A stretch of 64,000 nt of DNA, from NCBI RefSeq assembly GCF_009931435.1, contig NZ_CP043414.1; one strand, written 5' to 3'. Both the position numbers and the translations under genes were made by a program. Source of the stretch: Escherichia coli (GTDB taxonomy: Bacteria; Pseudomonadota; Gammaproteobacteria; Enterobacterales; Enterobacteriaceae). Shown here piece after piece: positions 17,072-27,149 of this stretch. The notes under the pieces were generated by a model that searched no databases, was not told where the DNA came from, and saw only the letters and a list, made by a program, of their open reading frames with translations. Numbering within the stretch: position 1 is the stretch's first letter; each line of letters opens with the position of its first letter.

Positions 17072-17677
17072 TTATTTGATGTAGTGGACGTGCTCGCAAA
17101 TCTCTTCCACGATGGGATCGCGGCGTTCGGCGAACAGCTTTTTGTTTTCGGCTATCAGGTTGTTGCCGTGGGTATCAATAGAGACAATCAGCGGACCGAA
17201 CTCTTTGACCCGGCAGACCCACAGCGACTCCGGCATCCCGAGTTCTGTCCAGTGCACCTCTTCAATCTCTTCCACCTGGGTTGCCGCCAGTACTGCGCAG
17301 CCTGCCGGGAAAATCACATGCAGCGCCTTGAATTTCTGGCAGCCTTCTTCGGTCAGCGGCCCCATTCCGCCTTTGCCGACCACCAGTTTCACGCCAGTCT
17401 GTTCGATAAATTCACGTTCAAAACTTTCCATACGCATACTGGTTGTCGGGCCGACGGATACCATCTCCCATTTGTCGCCGTTTTTGCGCACGATGGGGCC
17501 AGCGTGGAATATCGCTTTGCCGTTGAGATCGTAAGGGATCGGACGTTTGAGTTCGATCAAGCGACGGTGACAAACGTCACGGCAGGTTACTAGCGTACCG
17601 GTCAGGTAGATCACATCGCCGACGCGAATATCTTGCAGATCTTCAGCTTTGATCGGGGTTGTCAGGATCTTTTTCAT
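17072..17677 (-). CDS. ttdB: L(+)-tartrate dehydratase beta subunit
   Basis: ORF track 201 aa; fumarase class I C-terminal-like. Confidence 0.85.
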
Positions 17678-18585
17678 AACGCGCTCCGGGTGTGAGACAG
17701 ATTTTCAAAGGTGAGATCGGCATGAACCAGCAGTGTGCCGCGACGATGCGCCCAGCAGCCGGTAGAAACAGCAACGCCGATGGTTGACGGATGGCGGGCG
17801 GCAGATTCGATATGTACGCCCATCACTGAACTGTTGCCAGTCAGCCCCTGTGGACCAATCCCCAGACGGTTGAGTCCTTCTTCCAGGCGTAGTTCCAGCT
17901 CTGCCGCTTTTGGATTGGGATGGCGGCTGCCAATCGGGCGCAAAATGGCTTTACGTGAGAGCACAGCGGCGGTTTCCACCGAGGTGGCGATGCCCACGCC
18001 TACCAGTACCGGTGGACAGGCGTTTACGGCGAGGGTGGAGATATTTTCGAAGACGAATTTCACTACGCCTTCGTAGCCTTCCGACGGCATTAACACTTTC
18101 GAACGACCAGGCAACGTGCAGCCGCCGCCTGCCATGTAAACTTCGATTTCCGCATCGTCACCGTCGGGGACGATATCCCAGGTGACCCACGGTACGCCGC
18201 TGCCGGTATTTTTGCCGGTGTTCACTTCGTCAAAAATTTCTACCGCATTGTGACGCAGTGGCGCTTTGACGGTTGCCTCTTCCACGGCTTGCTTAAGAAT
18301 GCTTTGCAGCTCGCCAAGCAGTGGGAAACGGGAACCGACCTTAACAAAAAACATGATTTCGCCGGTGTCCTGACAGGCAGGACGATTCAGGTCGATTGCT
18401 TTTTGCATGTTGTCGAACATCGTGTGGTAGATGATTTTCCCCATCGACGACGTTTCGGCATCCTTTAGCTGTTTTAGTTTGTCCACCACGTCATCGGGCA
18501 TTCGGGTAGAAATCATGGCGGTAAAGTTAGCGACAATCTCCGTCAACTTATTCACTGCCTGTTGCTTATTACTTTCGCTCATCAT
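17674..18585 (-). CDS. ttdA: L(+)-tartrate dehydratase alpha subunit
   Basis: ORF track 303 aa; overlaps ttdB start by 4 nt (operon). Confidence 0.85.
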
Positions 18586-18791
18586 GGCAACTCCAGTTTA
18601 TGTATTTGTCTGGAAAAATTCACCGCCACAAACTACCACTAAAAATGTGGCTTTATATTTTTTGCCGCCGTGAATATGTAATTCACAGTTCGTGAATCAA
18701 CGCGAAAATAAGAATGAATATTGCGCCAGAGCAGGGAATGGCAATGTTTTGCGAAATACACTGCGCTTATCACAACTGCGGATAATTAACG

Positions 18792-19724
18792 ATGCTGAAT
18801 AGCTGGCCTTTAGCCAAAGATTTGCAGGTACTGGTAGAAATCGTCCACAGCGGGAGTTTTAGTGCTGCAGCGGCGACGCTTGGGCAAACGCCTGCATTTG
18901 TCACCAAGCGGATCCAAATCCTTGAAAATACGCTGGCAACAACGCTGCTGAACCGCTCCGCCCGCGGCGTGGCGCTGACTGAAAGTGGCCAACGTTGTTA
19001 CGAGCATGCGCTGGAAATCCTCACCCAATATCAGCGACTGGTTGATGACGTCACGCAAATCAAAACGCGCCCGGAGGGGATGATTCGTATTGGCTGTAGT
19101 TTTGGTTTTGGGCGCAGCCATATTGCGCCAGCTATTACCGAACTGATGCGCAATTATCCTGAGTTACAGGTGCATTTTGAATTGTTCGATCGGCAAATTG
19201 ATTTAGTGCAGGATAATATTGATCTGGATATTCGTATTAATGACGAAATTCCTGATTATTATATTGCGCATCTTTTGACAAAAAATAAACGAATATTATG
19301 TGCAGCACCTGAGTATCTGCAAAAATATCCGCAGCCACAATCCTTGCAGGAATTAAGTCGTCATGACTGTCTGGTGACCAAAGAGCGCGATATGACCCAC
19401 GGAATATGGGAGTTGGGGAACGGTCAGGAGAAAAAATCGGTGAAGGTAAGCGGGCACCTTTCCTCCAATAGCGGCGAGATTGTGCTGCAATGGGCGCTGG
19501 AAGGAAAAGGAATTATGCTGCGTTCTGAGTGGGATGTTTTACCGTTTCTGGAGAGTGGCAAACTGGTGCGAGTATTGCCGGAGTATGCACAAAGCGCCAA
19601 TATCTGGGCTGTTTACCGGGAGCCGCTCTATCGCAGCATGAAATTACGTGTCTGCGTGGAATTTCTGGCGGCATGGTGCCAGCAGCGGCTGGGCAAGCCC
19701 GACGAAGGCTATCAGGTTATGTAG
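18792..19724 (+). CDS. ttdR: LysR-family activator of ttd operon
   Basis: ORF track 310 aa; divergent from ttdA. Confidence 0.85.
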   Translation: MLNSWPLAKDLQVLVEIVHSGSFSAAAATLGQTPAFVTKRIQILENTLATTLLNRSARGVALTESGQRCYEHALEILTQYQRLVDDVTQIKTRPEGMIRIGCSFGFGRSHIAPAITELMRNYPELQVHFELFDRQIDLVQDNIDLDIRINDEIPDYYIAHLLTKNKRILCAAPEYLQKYPQPQSLQELSRHDCLVTKERDMTHGIWELGNGQEKKSVKVSGHLSSNSGEIVLQWALEGKGIMLRSEWDVLPFLESGKLVRVLPEYAQSANIWAVYREPLYRSMKLRVCVEFLAAWCQQRLGKPDEGYQVM

Positions 19725-19736
19725 ACTCGCGAAAAA

Positions 19737-20354
19737 TCACTCAGGATCCTTTTCGCGCTTTCTTTTGAATTTCGTCCAGATTTTTGTCTCCTGACGACGC
19801 CACAGACGCTGGATGTTGTCATGATGGCGCAGCAGGATCAGGCATGAGAGCATCGAAACCGGGAAGGTGAATTGTGGCTTAAACCACCAGACGTAAAATG
19901 GAGCAATCAGTGCGCTGACAATCGCTCCCAGCGACGAGTATCCGCTCAATAGCACGGTCAGTAACCAGGTTCCCGCCATTACTCCGGTGAGATCCCAGCC
20001 AATTGGTGCGATGGCACCAAAAGCGGTAGCAACGCCTTTTCCTCCTTTAAAACCGAAGAAAACGGGCCAGATGTGTCCAAGGCAGGCGGCGATGGCAATT
20101 AAGCCTAGCCAGAAGGGGCTGACACCTAATTCATACGCGCCCCAGACGGGCAACATTCCTTTCAGAACGTCGAAAATCAGTACTGCTACGGCTGCTCCCT
20201 TGCCACCGATACGTAACACATTGGTTGCGCCAGGATTACCGGAGCCGCTGGTTCGCGGATCGGGCAGCCCACACAAGCGGCAAACCAGAATGGCACTGGA
20301 AATGGAGCCGCAGAGGTACGCGATGAGGATCATTCCAGGCGCGATTGCACTCAT
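19737..20354 (-). CDS. plsY: Glycerol-3-phosphate acyltransferase (acyl-phosphate dependent)
   Basis: ORF track 205 aa [24 protein letters not shown]. Confidence 0.9.
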
Positions 20355-20458
20355 AAGCTGTTCCGTTTTGAAAATTCGTGTTCAACGATGAATCTGTGGA
20401 TAATACGCACATTTCGCCGGAAGTGGTATCCGGTTAGCCAAAAAGCAGGCAGGACGTG

Positions 20459-20827
20459 ATGGATATTGTATTTATAGAGCAACTTTCGGTAATCACCACT
20501 ATTGGTGTTTACGACTGGGAACAGACCATCGAACAGAAGTTAGTGTTCGATATCGAAATGGCGTGGGATAACCGTAAAGCGGCGAAAAGTGATGATGTGG
20601 CGGATTGCCTCAGTTACGCTGACATTGCAGAAACGGTAGTCAGCCACGTCGAGGGCGCGCGTTTTGCGCTGGTGGAACGTGTGGCGGAAGAGGTGGCGGA
20701 GCTGCTGTTAGCACGCTTCAACTCGCCGTGGGTGCGTATCAAACTCAGCAAGCCAGGCGCAGTGGCGCGGGCGGCGAATGTTGGCGTCATCATTGAGCGT
20801 GGCAATAATCTGAAAGAAAATAATTAA
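20459..20827 (+). CDS. folB: Dihydroneopterin aldolase
   Basis: ORF track 20456..20827; MDIVFIEQLSVITTIGVYDWEQ from ATG 20459. Confidence 0.9.
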   Translation: MDIVFIEQLSVITTIGVYDWEQTIEQKLVFDIEMAWDNRKAAKSDDVADCLSYADIAETVVSHVEGARFALVERVAEEVAELLLARFNSPWVRIKLSKPGAVARAANVGVIIERGNNLKENN

Positions 20828-20917
20828 TTTTACAGCTGTTAAACCAAACGGTTATAACCTGGTCATACTGCAGTAGTTTGGACAAGCGTTACATTTTTAT
20901 AATTTAGGGGTTTATTG

Positions 20918-21739
20918 ATGAGCGATATGCACTCGCTGCTGATAGCGGCAATATTGGGTGTGGTCGAAGGATTGACAGAATTTCTGCCGGTATCCAGCAC
21001 GGGCCATATGATTATTGTCGGTCACTTGTTGGGATTTGAGGGCGACACGGCGAAAACCTTTGAAGTCGTGATCCAGTTAGGATCAATTCTGGCGGTAGTA
21101 GTGATGTTCTGGCGGCGTCTGTTTGGCCTGATTGGCATTCACTTTGGTCGTCCGCTGCAACACGAAGGAGAAAGCAAAGGCCGTTTAACGCTGATCCACA
21201 TTCTGCTTGGCATGATCCCAGCGGTAGTACTGGGGCTGTTGTTCCACGACACGATTAAGTCGTTGTTTAATCCAATAAATGTGATGTATGCGCTGGTCGT
21301 TGGCGGCCTGTTGCTGATTGCCGCCGAATGCCTGAAACCAAAAGAACCGCGTGCGCCGGGTCTCGATGATATGACCTATCGTCAGGCGTTTATGATTGGC
21401 TGCTTCCAGTGTCTGGCGCTGTGGCCAGGTTTCTCCCGTTCCGGGGCGACCATTTCAGGTGGGATGCTGATGGGTGTGAGCCGTTATGCGGCTTCTGAGT
21501 TCTCGTTCCTGCTGGCGGTGCCGATGATGATGGGCGCAACGGCGCTCGATCTCTACAAAAGCTGGGGCTTCCTGACAACCGGCGATATCCCGATGTTTGC
21601 CGTTGGGTTTATCACCGCTTTTGTGGTGGCGCTGATAGCGATTAAAACCTTCCTGCAATTGATTAAGCGCATTTCGTTTATCCCTTTCGCCATTTATCGC
21701 TTTATTGTGGCGGCTGTGGTGTATGTCGTGTTCTTTTGA
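20918..21739 (+). CDS. bacA: Undecaprenyl-diphosphate phosphatase
   Basis: ORF track 20915..21739; [30 protein letters not shown]. Confidence 0.9.
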   Translation: MSDMHSLLIAAILGVVEGLTEFLPVSSTGHMIIVGHLLGFEGDTAKTFEVVIQLGSILAVVVMFWRRLFGLIGIHFGRPLQHEGESKGRLTLIHILLGMIPAVVLGLLFHDTIKSLFNPINVMYALVVGGLLLIAAECLKPKEPRAPGLDDMTYRQAFMIGCFQCLALWPGFSRSGATISGGMLMGVSRYAASEFSFLLAVPMMMGATALDLYKSWGFLTTGDIPMFAVGFITAFVVALIAIKTFLQLIKRISFIPFAIYRFIVAAVVYVVFF

Positions 21740-21751
21740 TTGAGGAATAGT

Positions 21752-21785
21752 GTCGGATATGACGCTTGTGCGTCTTATCCGACCT
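21752..21785. repeat. REP-like palindrome between convergent bacA and cca
   Basis: tgtcggatatgacgcttgtgcgtcttatccgac. Confidence 0.5.
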
Positions 21786-21819
21786 GGCCGGTGTTTGCAA
21801 TAAATTGAAATTCAAGTGC

Positions 21820-23058
21820 TTAATCAGGCTTTGGACAACGTTGTTCCTTCCAGCTGGATACCGCCGCAATCCGCCGTCGGGTCAGCTCCTCGCGAATCTC
21901 CACACCTTTAAATCCCGCTTCAACGACGGCTTTTGTCGGCACTGACTGTGCCACTTCCCAGGCTTCGCGCAACCAGCGGCCTTGCGGGTAGTCCGCTGAT
22001 TCAAAACCGGTTCTGCCGCGCACATCAGCCTCGCTGGTCAGCGCCAGTTGCTCGACACGCTGCGGTTTACGCCAGGCGTCGATGGAATCAAATAGTTTGA
22101 CGATGGTTTTTGGGTTCAGCATTGGGAAGGTGTGGATGAGATCGTGAAACTCAGCCACCAGTCTGGCTAAATCGCGAATTTCATTTGGCACGCGCAGACG
22201 CTGGCATAGTTGTTCCACTAACTTCACACCCGCCGGGCCATGACCATGATGACGCGGCCAAAGTTCTGGCGGCGTCAGTCCTTTACCGAGATCGTGGCAT
22301 AGCGTTGCGAAACGGACATCGACCTGCGGACTTAGCATCGCCGCCATTGAGAGCGTCATTAAGGTGTGAATACCGGTGTCGATTTCCGGATGCCACTTGG
22401 CAGGGGCCGGAACGCCAAACAGGGCGTCAATTTCCGGGAATAAAACGCGCAGTGCGCCGCAATCGCGCAGTACCTGGAAGAACACCTGGGGATTGCGGGT
22501 AGTGAGGGCGCTTTCCGTCTCTTTCCACACCCGTTCAGGCGTCAGGTGTTCCAGTTCACCCGCGTGGGTCATCTCGCGCATCAGCGCCAGAGTTTCATCG
22601 GCAATACGAAAACCGAGGTGGGCATAACGCGCAGCAAAACGCGCCACGCGCAGTACGCGTAACGGATCTTCGCCAAAAGCGGGGGAAACATGGCGCAACA
22701 GACGATTTTGCAGATCGCCCAGACCGTTGTACGGGTCGATAATCTCGCCGTTATCGTCCTGGGCCAGCGCATTAATGGTCAGATCGCGCCGCTTAAGATC
22801 ATCTTCCAGCGTGACATCCGGTGCGGCATAGCAGGTAAAACCGGTGTAACCGGAACCGGATTTCCGTTCGGTACGTGCCAGCGCATACTCTTCATGCGTT
22901 TGCGGATGCAGAAAAACAGGAAAATCGCGGCCTACCTGCTGGTAGCCCGCGTCGAGCATCTCCTGTGGCGTACTACCGACTACCACCCAATCTCTGTCTT
23001 TGACCGGTAGCCCTAACAATGCATCCCGAACAGCACCACCGACCAGATAAATCTTCAC
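21820..23058 (-). CDS. cca: tRNA CCA-adding nucleotidyltransferase / phosphohydrolase
   Basis: ORF track 412 aa [28 protein letters not shown]. Confidence 0.95.
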   Translation of the reverse strand: MKIYLVGGAVRDALLGLPVKDRDWVVVGSTPQEMLDAGYQQVGRDFPVFLHPQTHEEYALARTERKSGSGYTGFTCYAAPDVTLEDDLKRRDLTINALAQDDNGEIIDPYNGLGDLQNRLLRHVSPAFGEDPLRVLRVARFAARYAHLGFRIADETLALMREMTHAGELEHLTPERVWKETESALTTRNPQVFFQVLRDCGALRVLFPEIDALFGVPAPAKWHPEIDTGIHTLMTLSMAAMLSPQVDVRFATLCHDLGKGLTPPELWPRHHGHGPAGVKLVEQLCQRLRVPNEIRDLARLVAEFHDLIHTFPMLNPKTIVKLFDSIDAWRKPQRVEQLALTSEADVRGRTGFESADYPQGRWLREAWEVAQSVPTKAVVEAGFKGVEIREELTRRRIAAVSSWKEQRCPKPD

Positions 23059-23121
23059 GCCATCATCCCTTCGTCAAATACACAATTCCTAATAATAAGA
23101 CAGTGCAACGAAGAAGGCGAT

Positions 23122-23742
23122 TTAGTTCATCCAGCGATCTTTACGTTTGCGCGTTGGGATCAGGTGCGGCAGTACCAGACCGAGCAGCAAGCCAAGCCCC
23201 AGCACGCCGCCACCATACATAAACCACTGCATGATGATGGTGCGCTGTTTGTCATCCAGCTGCACGCTGGCGGCATCGACCTTTTTCTGCGCGACAATCA
23301 GCTCGTTTTTCAGTTTCTGATTTTCTTCTTTTAACCCGTTGATCACGCTGTCGCTCTGCGCCACTTTTTGCTGCATTTCTGCGGTGCGCTGATTCCAGGT
23401 GTTATCGATATTGGTGAGCTTATCGGTCAGGGTTTTGACCTGATTTTCCAGATCTGGCACACGGGAGCGCAGGCTTGGCTCTGTGCTAAGTTGTTTCAAC
23501 GGGATCCAGGCGGTACGGCCAGAGCTGTCTTTCACCTGGGCATAATTGGTGTTGGCGTCAGTTTGTAATAAGGTCACTTCCTCGCCGGCGTTAACCGTGC
23601 CCACGAGGCGATAATGGTCTCCCGGACCGCTACGGACCCAGGTATTCAGTTCGTCAGAAACATAGCGCGTTTCTTCAGCGTGTGAGACGGCAGTGGCGCT
23701 AAGCGCGAGTAAAGTTAATCCGATCAGGCGTAATTTTGGCAT
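23122..23742 (-). CDS. ygiM: SH3-domain membrane-anchored protein
   Basis: ORF track 206 aa; signal peptide, coiled-coil, C-terminal TM. Confidence 0.8.
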   Translation of the reverse strand: MPKLRLIGLTLLALSATAVSHAEETRYVSDELNTWVRSGPGDHYRLVGTVNAGEEVTLLQTDANTNYAQVKDSSGRTAWIPLKQLSTEPSLRSRVPDLENQVKTLTDKLTNIDNTWNQRTAEMQQKVAQSDSVINGLKEENQKLKNELIVAQKKVDAASVQLDDKQRTIIMQWFMYGGGVLGLGLLLGLVLPHLIPTRKRKDRWMN

Positions 23743-24084
23743 CAGGCTGTCGTTATTGTCATGGAAAGTGGAACGATAGTAGTGGCATCAGTGTCGCTAC
23801 GCAAAGCATTCGACATCAATCGGAATCCTCTGTGTCAGGTCTTGCCACTGCTTCAAACTTTTACGCCCGTCAAATTGCCCGTTGCATGGCAATTTGGCGC
23901 AAAATACTATCTACTGACAAAAAAGATCGCATTAAGTTCGCCGTTCATCGTCACTTATGTGACATAACCGATAAGTAAAGGCCTTGACATCCTCCCCCAC
24001 CTTCGCGCAAAGCGACTCAGGAGGGGGATTCCCTTGTCAGGGTAGCAATACGTTGCCGCATTGCCCGGTTCCTCGCTCGACGGC

Positions 24085-25290
24085 TTACGCCGCCTTACGG
24101 GCGCGTCCTTTACGGACTGACGGCAATATTTGTCCTGCCGCCATGACTTCAAAACCTGCTGTTAATATATTGCGAGCGCCGTTTACATCGGCGTTTGCCG
24201 TATAGCCGCACGCGGTACAGATAAAGCTCGCCTGCGTCCTGCGGTTATTTTTCGATGTATGCCCACAACATGCGCATTTCTGACTGGTGTACGCCGGATT
24301 AATCGCCAGCACATCACCGCCGCGCCATGCCTGCTTATATTCGAGCTGGCGGCGCATTTCTGCCCAGCCCTGATCCAGTATCGCCCGGTTAAGACCTGAT
24401 TTTGCCGCGACGTTGCGCCCCGGCTGGTCTACCGTACCCACTGCTGATTTTGACATGTTCGAAACCTTTAAATCCTCAATGACTATCATCGCGTGGTTTT
24501 TGCTGATCGTCGTCGTGGTTTTATGAAGGTAATCGCGGCGGATGTTTGCGATATGAGAGTGGAAACGGGAAATCTTCGCTTTCTGCTTTTTCCAGTTGGC
24601 GGAGAATTTAACCATCCGGGCCAGACGGCGCTGTAAGCGAGCCAGCTTATCCTGATTTTTTTTAAAGCTGTTTACCGGTTCAAAGACCGTGCCGTCTGAA
24701 AGTGTTGCCAGCTTTGTTATACCTGCATCCAGGCCTATTGCGCTGGTCGATGCGTGAATCGGATCGGTAACAGCTAATTCGACCTGAAAAGACACATACC
24801 AGTGTCCGGCATGCTGGCTGATGGTGCAATTTTTAATGACGCCTTCAATCTTCCGGGACTGACGAAATTTAACCCAGCCCAGTCCTGACGGGAGTTTCAC
24901 ACGGCCATAATCCAGCCCACAATATTTGCTGAAATTGACGAACCGGATAGAGTCGCAGCCTTTGGTTTTCTTTTTGAAAACGGGCTTTTCAGCCGTCAGG
25001 GATTTATCAAAACAGCGATCCCATGCGCTCCGCAGGTCTTTCAGTTTCTGCTGGAGGTTGTCAGTGTAACCCTCAGCAAGAAAGGCCAGCTCAGGGAGTT
25101 TTTTCCAGCCCGTAAGTCGTTTATTCAGGTCGAAAGCTGACAGAATTTTTCCGCCCGCGTCATGAATGCTCAGTGTTTCATTCAGTGCATAGTTCCAGAC
25201 AAAGCGAGCGCAACCGCACAACTGACGCAACCTTTGCGCCTGCTGGTCAGTGGGGTAGAGCCTGTATTTATATGCTTTCTGGATTAACAT
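24085..25290 (-). CDS. tnpB: TnpB (IS605 OrfB family, RuvC-like RNA-guided endonuclease)
   Basis: ORF track 24085..25353; likely start MLIQKAYKYRLYPTDQQ at 25290; RuvC motifs GLDAGI, IEDL, C-x2-C...C-x2-C zinc finger CACCGH...CTACGY, DVNGARNI. Confidence 0.85.
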   Translation of the reverse strand: MLIQKAYKYRLYPTDQQAQRLRQLCGCARFVWNYALNETLSIHDAGGKILSAFDLNKRLTGWKKLPELAFLAEGYTDNLQQKLKDLRSAWDRCFDKSLTAEKPVFKKKTKGCDSIRFVNFSKYCGLDYGRVKLPSGLGWVKFRQSRKIEGVIKNCTISQHAGHWYVSFQVELAVTDPIHASTSAIGLDAGITKLATLSDGTVFEPVNSFKKNQDKLARLQRRLARMVKFSANWKKQKAKISRFHSHIANIRRDYLHKTTTTISKNHAMIVIEDLKVSNMSKSAVGTVDQPGRNVAAKSGLNRAILDQGWAEMRRQLEYKQAWRGGDVLAINPAYTSQKCACCGHTSKNNRRTQASFICTACGYTANADVNGARNILTAGFEVMAAGQILPSVRKGRARKAA

Positions 25291-25356
25291 TTTGCATTCA
25301 GTATGTGGTTGTTTAGAATGTACAATATATCCACATTTTTTTGGGAGGGTCAATAC

Positions 25357-25755
25357 GTGTGCGAAATCAATCGTTCACGCTATTCAGCTTACCTGTTGCA
25401 TGTTCACGTTGTTTTTATGACAAAATACCGCCGTCCAGTTTTTGGTGAATTGCATCATGCAAACATGCGTCAGTATGTAGCGGAGGTATGCGCGGACTTT
25501 GGCGCCGAGTTAAAGGAATGTGACGGCGAGGCAGATCATGTTCACATGCTGATTGAATACCCACCGTTGGTGCAACTCACAAAGCTGGTAAACAGCCTTA
25601 AGTCCGTTACCAGTAGGCGGCTGCGGAATGATTTTATTGATTTGCGCGCCGCGTATTCAAAGCCCGTACTCTGGTCACGCTCTTATTTCATCGGTTCATG
25701 TGGTGGAGCACCGCTGGAAGTTGTGAAAAAGTATATTCAGAATCAGCGTGGCTGA
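25357..25755 (+). CDS. tnpA: IS200-type Y1 (HuH) transposase TnpA
   Basis: ORF track 25303..25755; probable GTG start 25357 after gggaggg SD; HuH motif HVHMLI and catalytic Tyr in SRSYFIGS. Confidence 0.8.
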   Translation: MCEINRSRYSAYLLHVHVVFMTKYRRPVFGELHHANMRQYVAEVCADFGAELKECDGEADHVHMLIEYPPLVQLTKLVNSLKSVTSRRLRNDFIDLRAAYSKPVLWSRSYFIGSCGGAPLEVVKKYIQNQRG

Positions 25756-25825
25756 TAAACTGCGGGCTTAACAGCCCAAATTCCCCTCCCGCCTACGTTG
25801 GGGGGGAGTACCCAGTGGAGGAAGG

Positions 25826-27127
25826 ATGGCTCAGGAAATCGAATTAAAGTTTATTGTTAATCACAGTGCCGTTGAGGCGTTGCGTGACCATCTCAATACG
25901 CTGGGCGGTGAGCACCATGACCCCGTGCAGTTGCTGAATATTTACTACGAAACGCCGGATAACTGGTTGCGTGAACACGATATGGGCTTACGTATTCGTG
26001 GCGAAAACGGCCGCTATGAGATGACCATGAAAGTCGCAGGAAGAGTGACTGGCGGTTTACACCAGCGCCCGGAATATAACGTGGCGTTGAGCGAACCGAC
26101 GCTCGAGCTAGCGCAGTTACCGACGGAAGTCTGGCCGAACGGTGAGTTACCAGCCGATCTCGCGTCCCGCGTGAAGCCACTGTTCAGCACCGATTTTTAT
26201 CGCGAAAAATGGCTGGTGGAACTCGATGGCAGCCGAATTGAAATCGCTCTCGATCAGGGCGAGGTGAAGGCAGGCGAATTTGCTGAGCCTATCTGCGAGC
26301 TGGAACTGGAGCTGCTTAGCGGCGATACGCGCGCGGTACTGAAACTGGCGAACCAACTGGTATCGCAAACCGGATTACGTCAGGGCAGCCTGAGCAAAGC
26401 CGCGCGCGGCTATCATCTGGCGCAGGGCAATCCCGCGCGTGAAATCAAACCGATCACCATTTTGCATGTTGCGGCAAAAGCTGATGTGGAACAGGGGCTG
26501 GAAGCGGCGCTCGAGCTGGCGTTAGCGCAATGGCAGTATCATGAAGAACTGTGGGTACGTGGCAACGATGCGGCGAAAGAGCAGGTGCTGGCAGCCATCG
26601 GTCTGGTCCGTCATACGCTGATGCTGTTCGGCGGTATTGTGCCGCGTAAAGCGAGCACTCACTTACGTGACCTGCTGACCCAATGCGAAGCGACCATCGT
26701 TTCTGCGGTATCTGCCGTGACGGCGGTCTACTCTACCGAAACGGCGATGGCGAAGCTGGCGTTGACCGAATGGCTGGTAAGCAAAGCCTGGCAGCCGTTT
26801 TTAGATGCCAAAGCGCAGGGCAAAATCAGCGATTCTTTCAAACGCTTTGCCGATATCCATCTTTCCCGCCATGCCGCTGAACTGAAAAGCGTTTTCTGCC
26901 AGCCATTAGGCGATCGCTACCGTGACCAATTGCCGCGCCTGAAGCGTGACATTGACTCAATATTGTTGCTGGCGGGTTACTACGATCCTCTCGTCGCGCA
27001 AGCCTGGCTGGAGAACTGGCAGGGACTGCGTCATGCCATTGCGACCGGGCAACGCATTGAAATTGAACATTTCCGTAATGAGGCAAACAATCAGGAACCG
27101 TTCTGGTTGCACAGCGGAAAACGTTAA
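25826..27127 (+). CDS. ygiF: Inorganic triphosphatase (CYTH domain)
   Basis: ORF track 433 aa [11 protein letters not shown]. Confidence 0.9.
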   Translation: MAQEIELKFIVNHSAVEALRDHLNTLGGEHHDPVQLLNIYYETPDNWLREHDMGLRIRGENGRYEMTMKVAGRVTGGLHQRPEYNVALSEPTLELAQLPTEVWPNGELPADLASRVKPLFSTDFYREKWLVELDGSRIEIALDQGEVKAGEFAEPICELELELLSGDTRAVLKLANQLVSQTGLRQGSLSKAARGYHLAQGNPAREIKPITILHVAAKADVEQGLEAALELALAQWQYHEELWVRGNDAAKEQVLAAIGLVRHTLMLFGGIVPRKASTHLRDLLTQCEATIVSAVSAVTAVYSTETAMAKLALTEWLVSKAWQPFLDAKAQGKISDSFKRFADIHLSRHAAELKSVFCQPLGDRYRDQLPRLKRDIDSILLLAGYYDPLVAQAWLENWQGLRHAIATGQRIEIEHFRNEANNQEPFWLHSGKR

Positions 27128-27149
27128 TCAGGCAAGGATAAAATCGCTT

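Larger units (their letters stand above)
23990..25810. mobile_element. IS200/IS605-family insertion sequence (divergent tnpB and tnpA); boundaries approximate
   Basis: Y1 HuH transposase plus TnpB ORFs; C-rich/G-rich subterminal hairpins at both ends (23993..24027 and 25783..25808); this locus is not in K-12 by my recollection. Confidence 0.75.

Noticed and set aside
23860-23900. sigma54-like TGGCAA...CGCAA motif upstream of ygiM
   Set aside because: The GG to GC spacing is one base off consensus and no enhancer-binding context is evident
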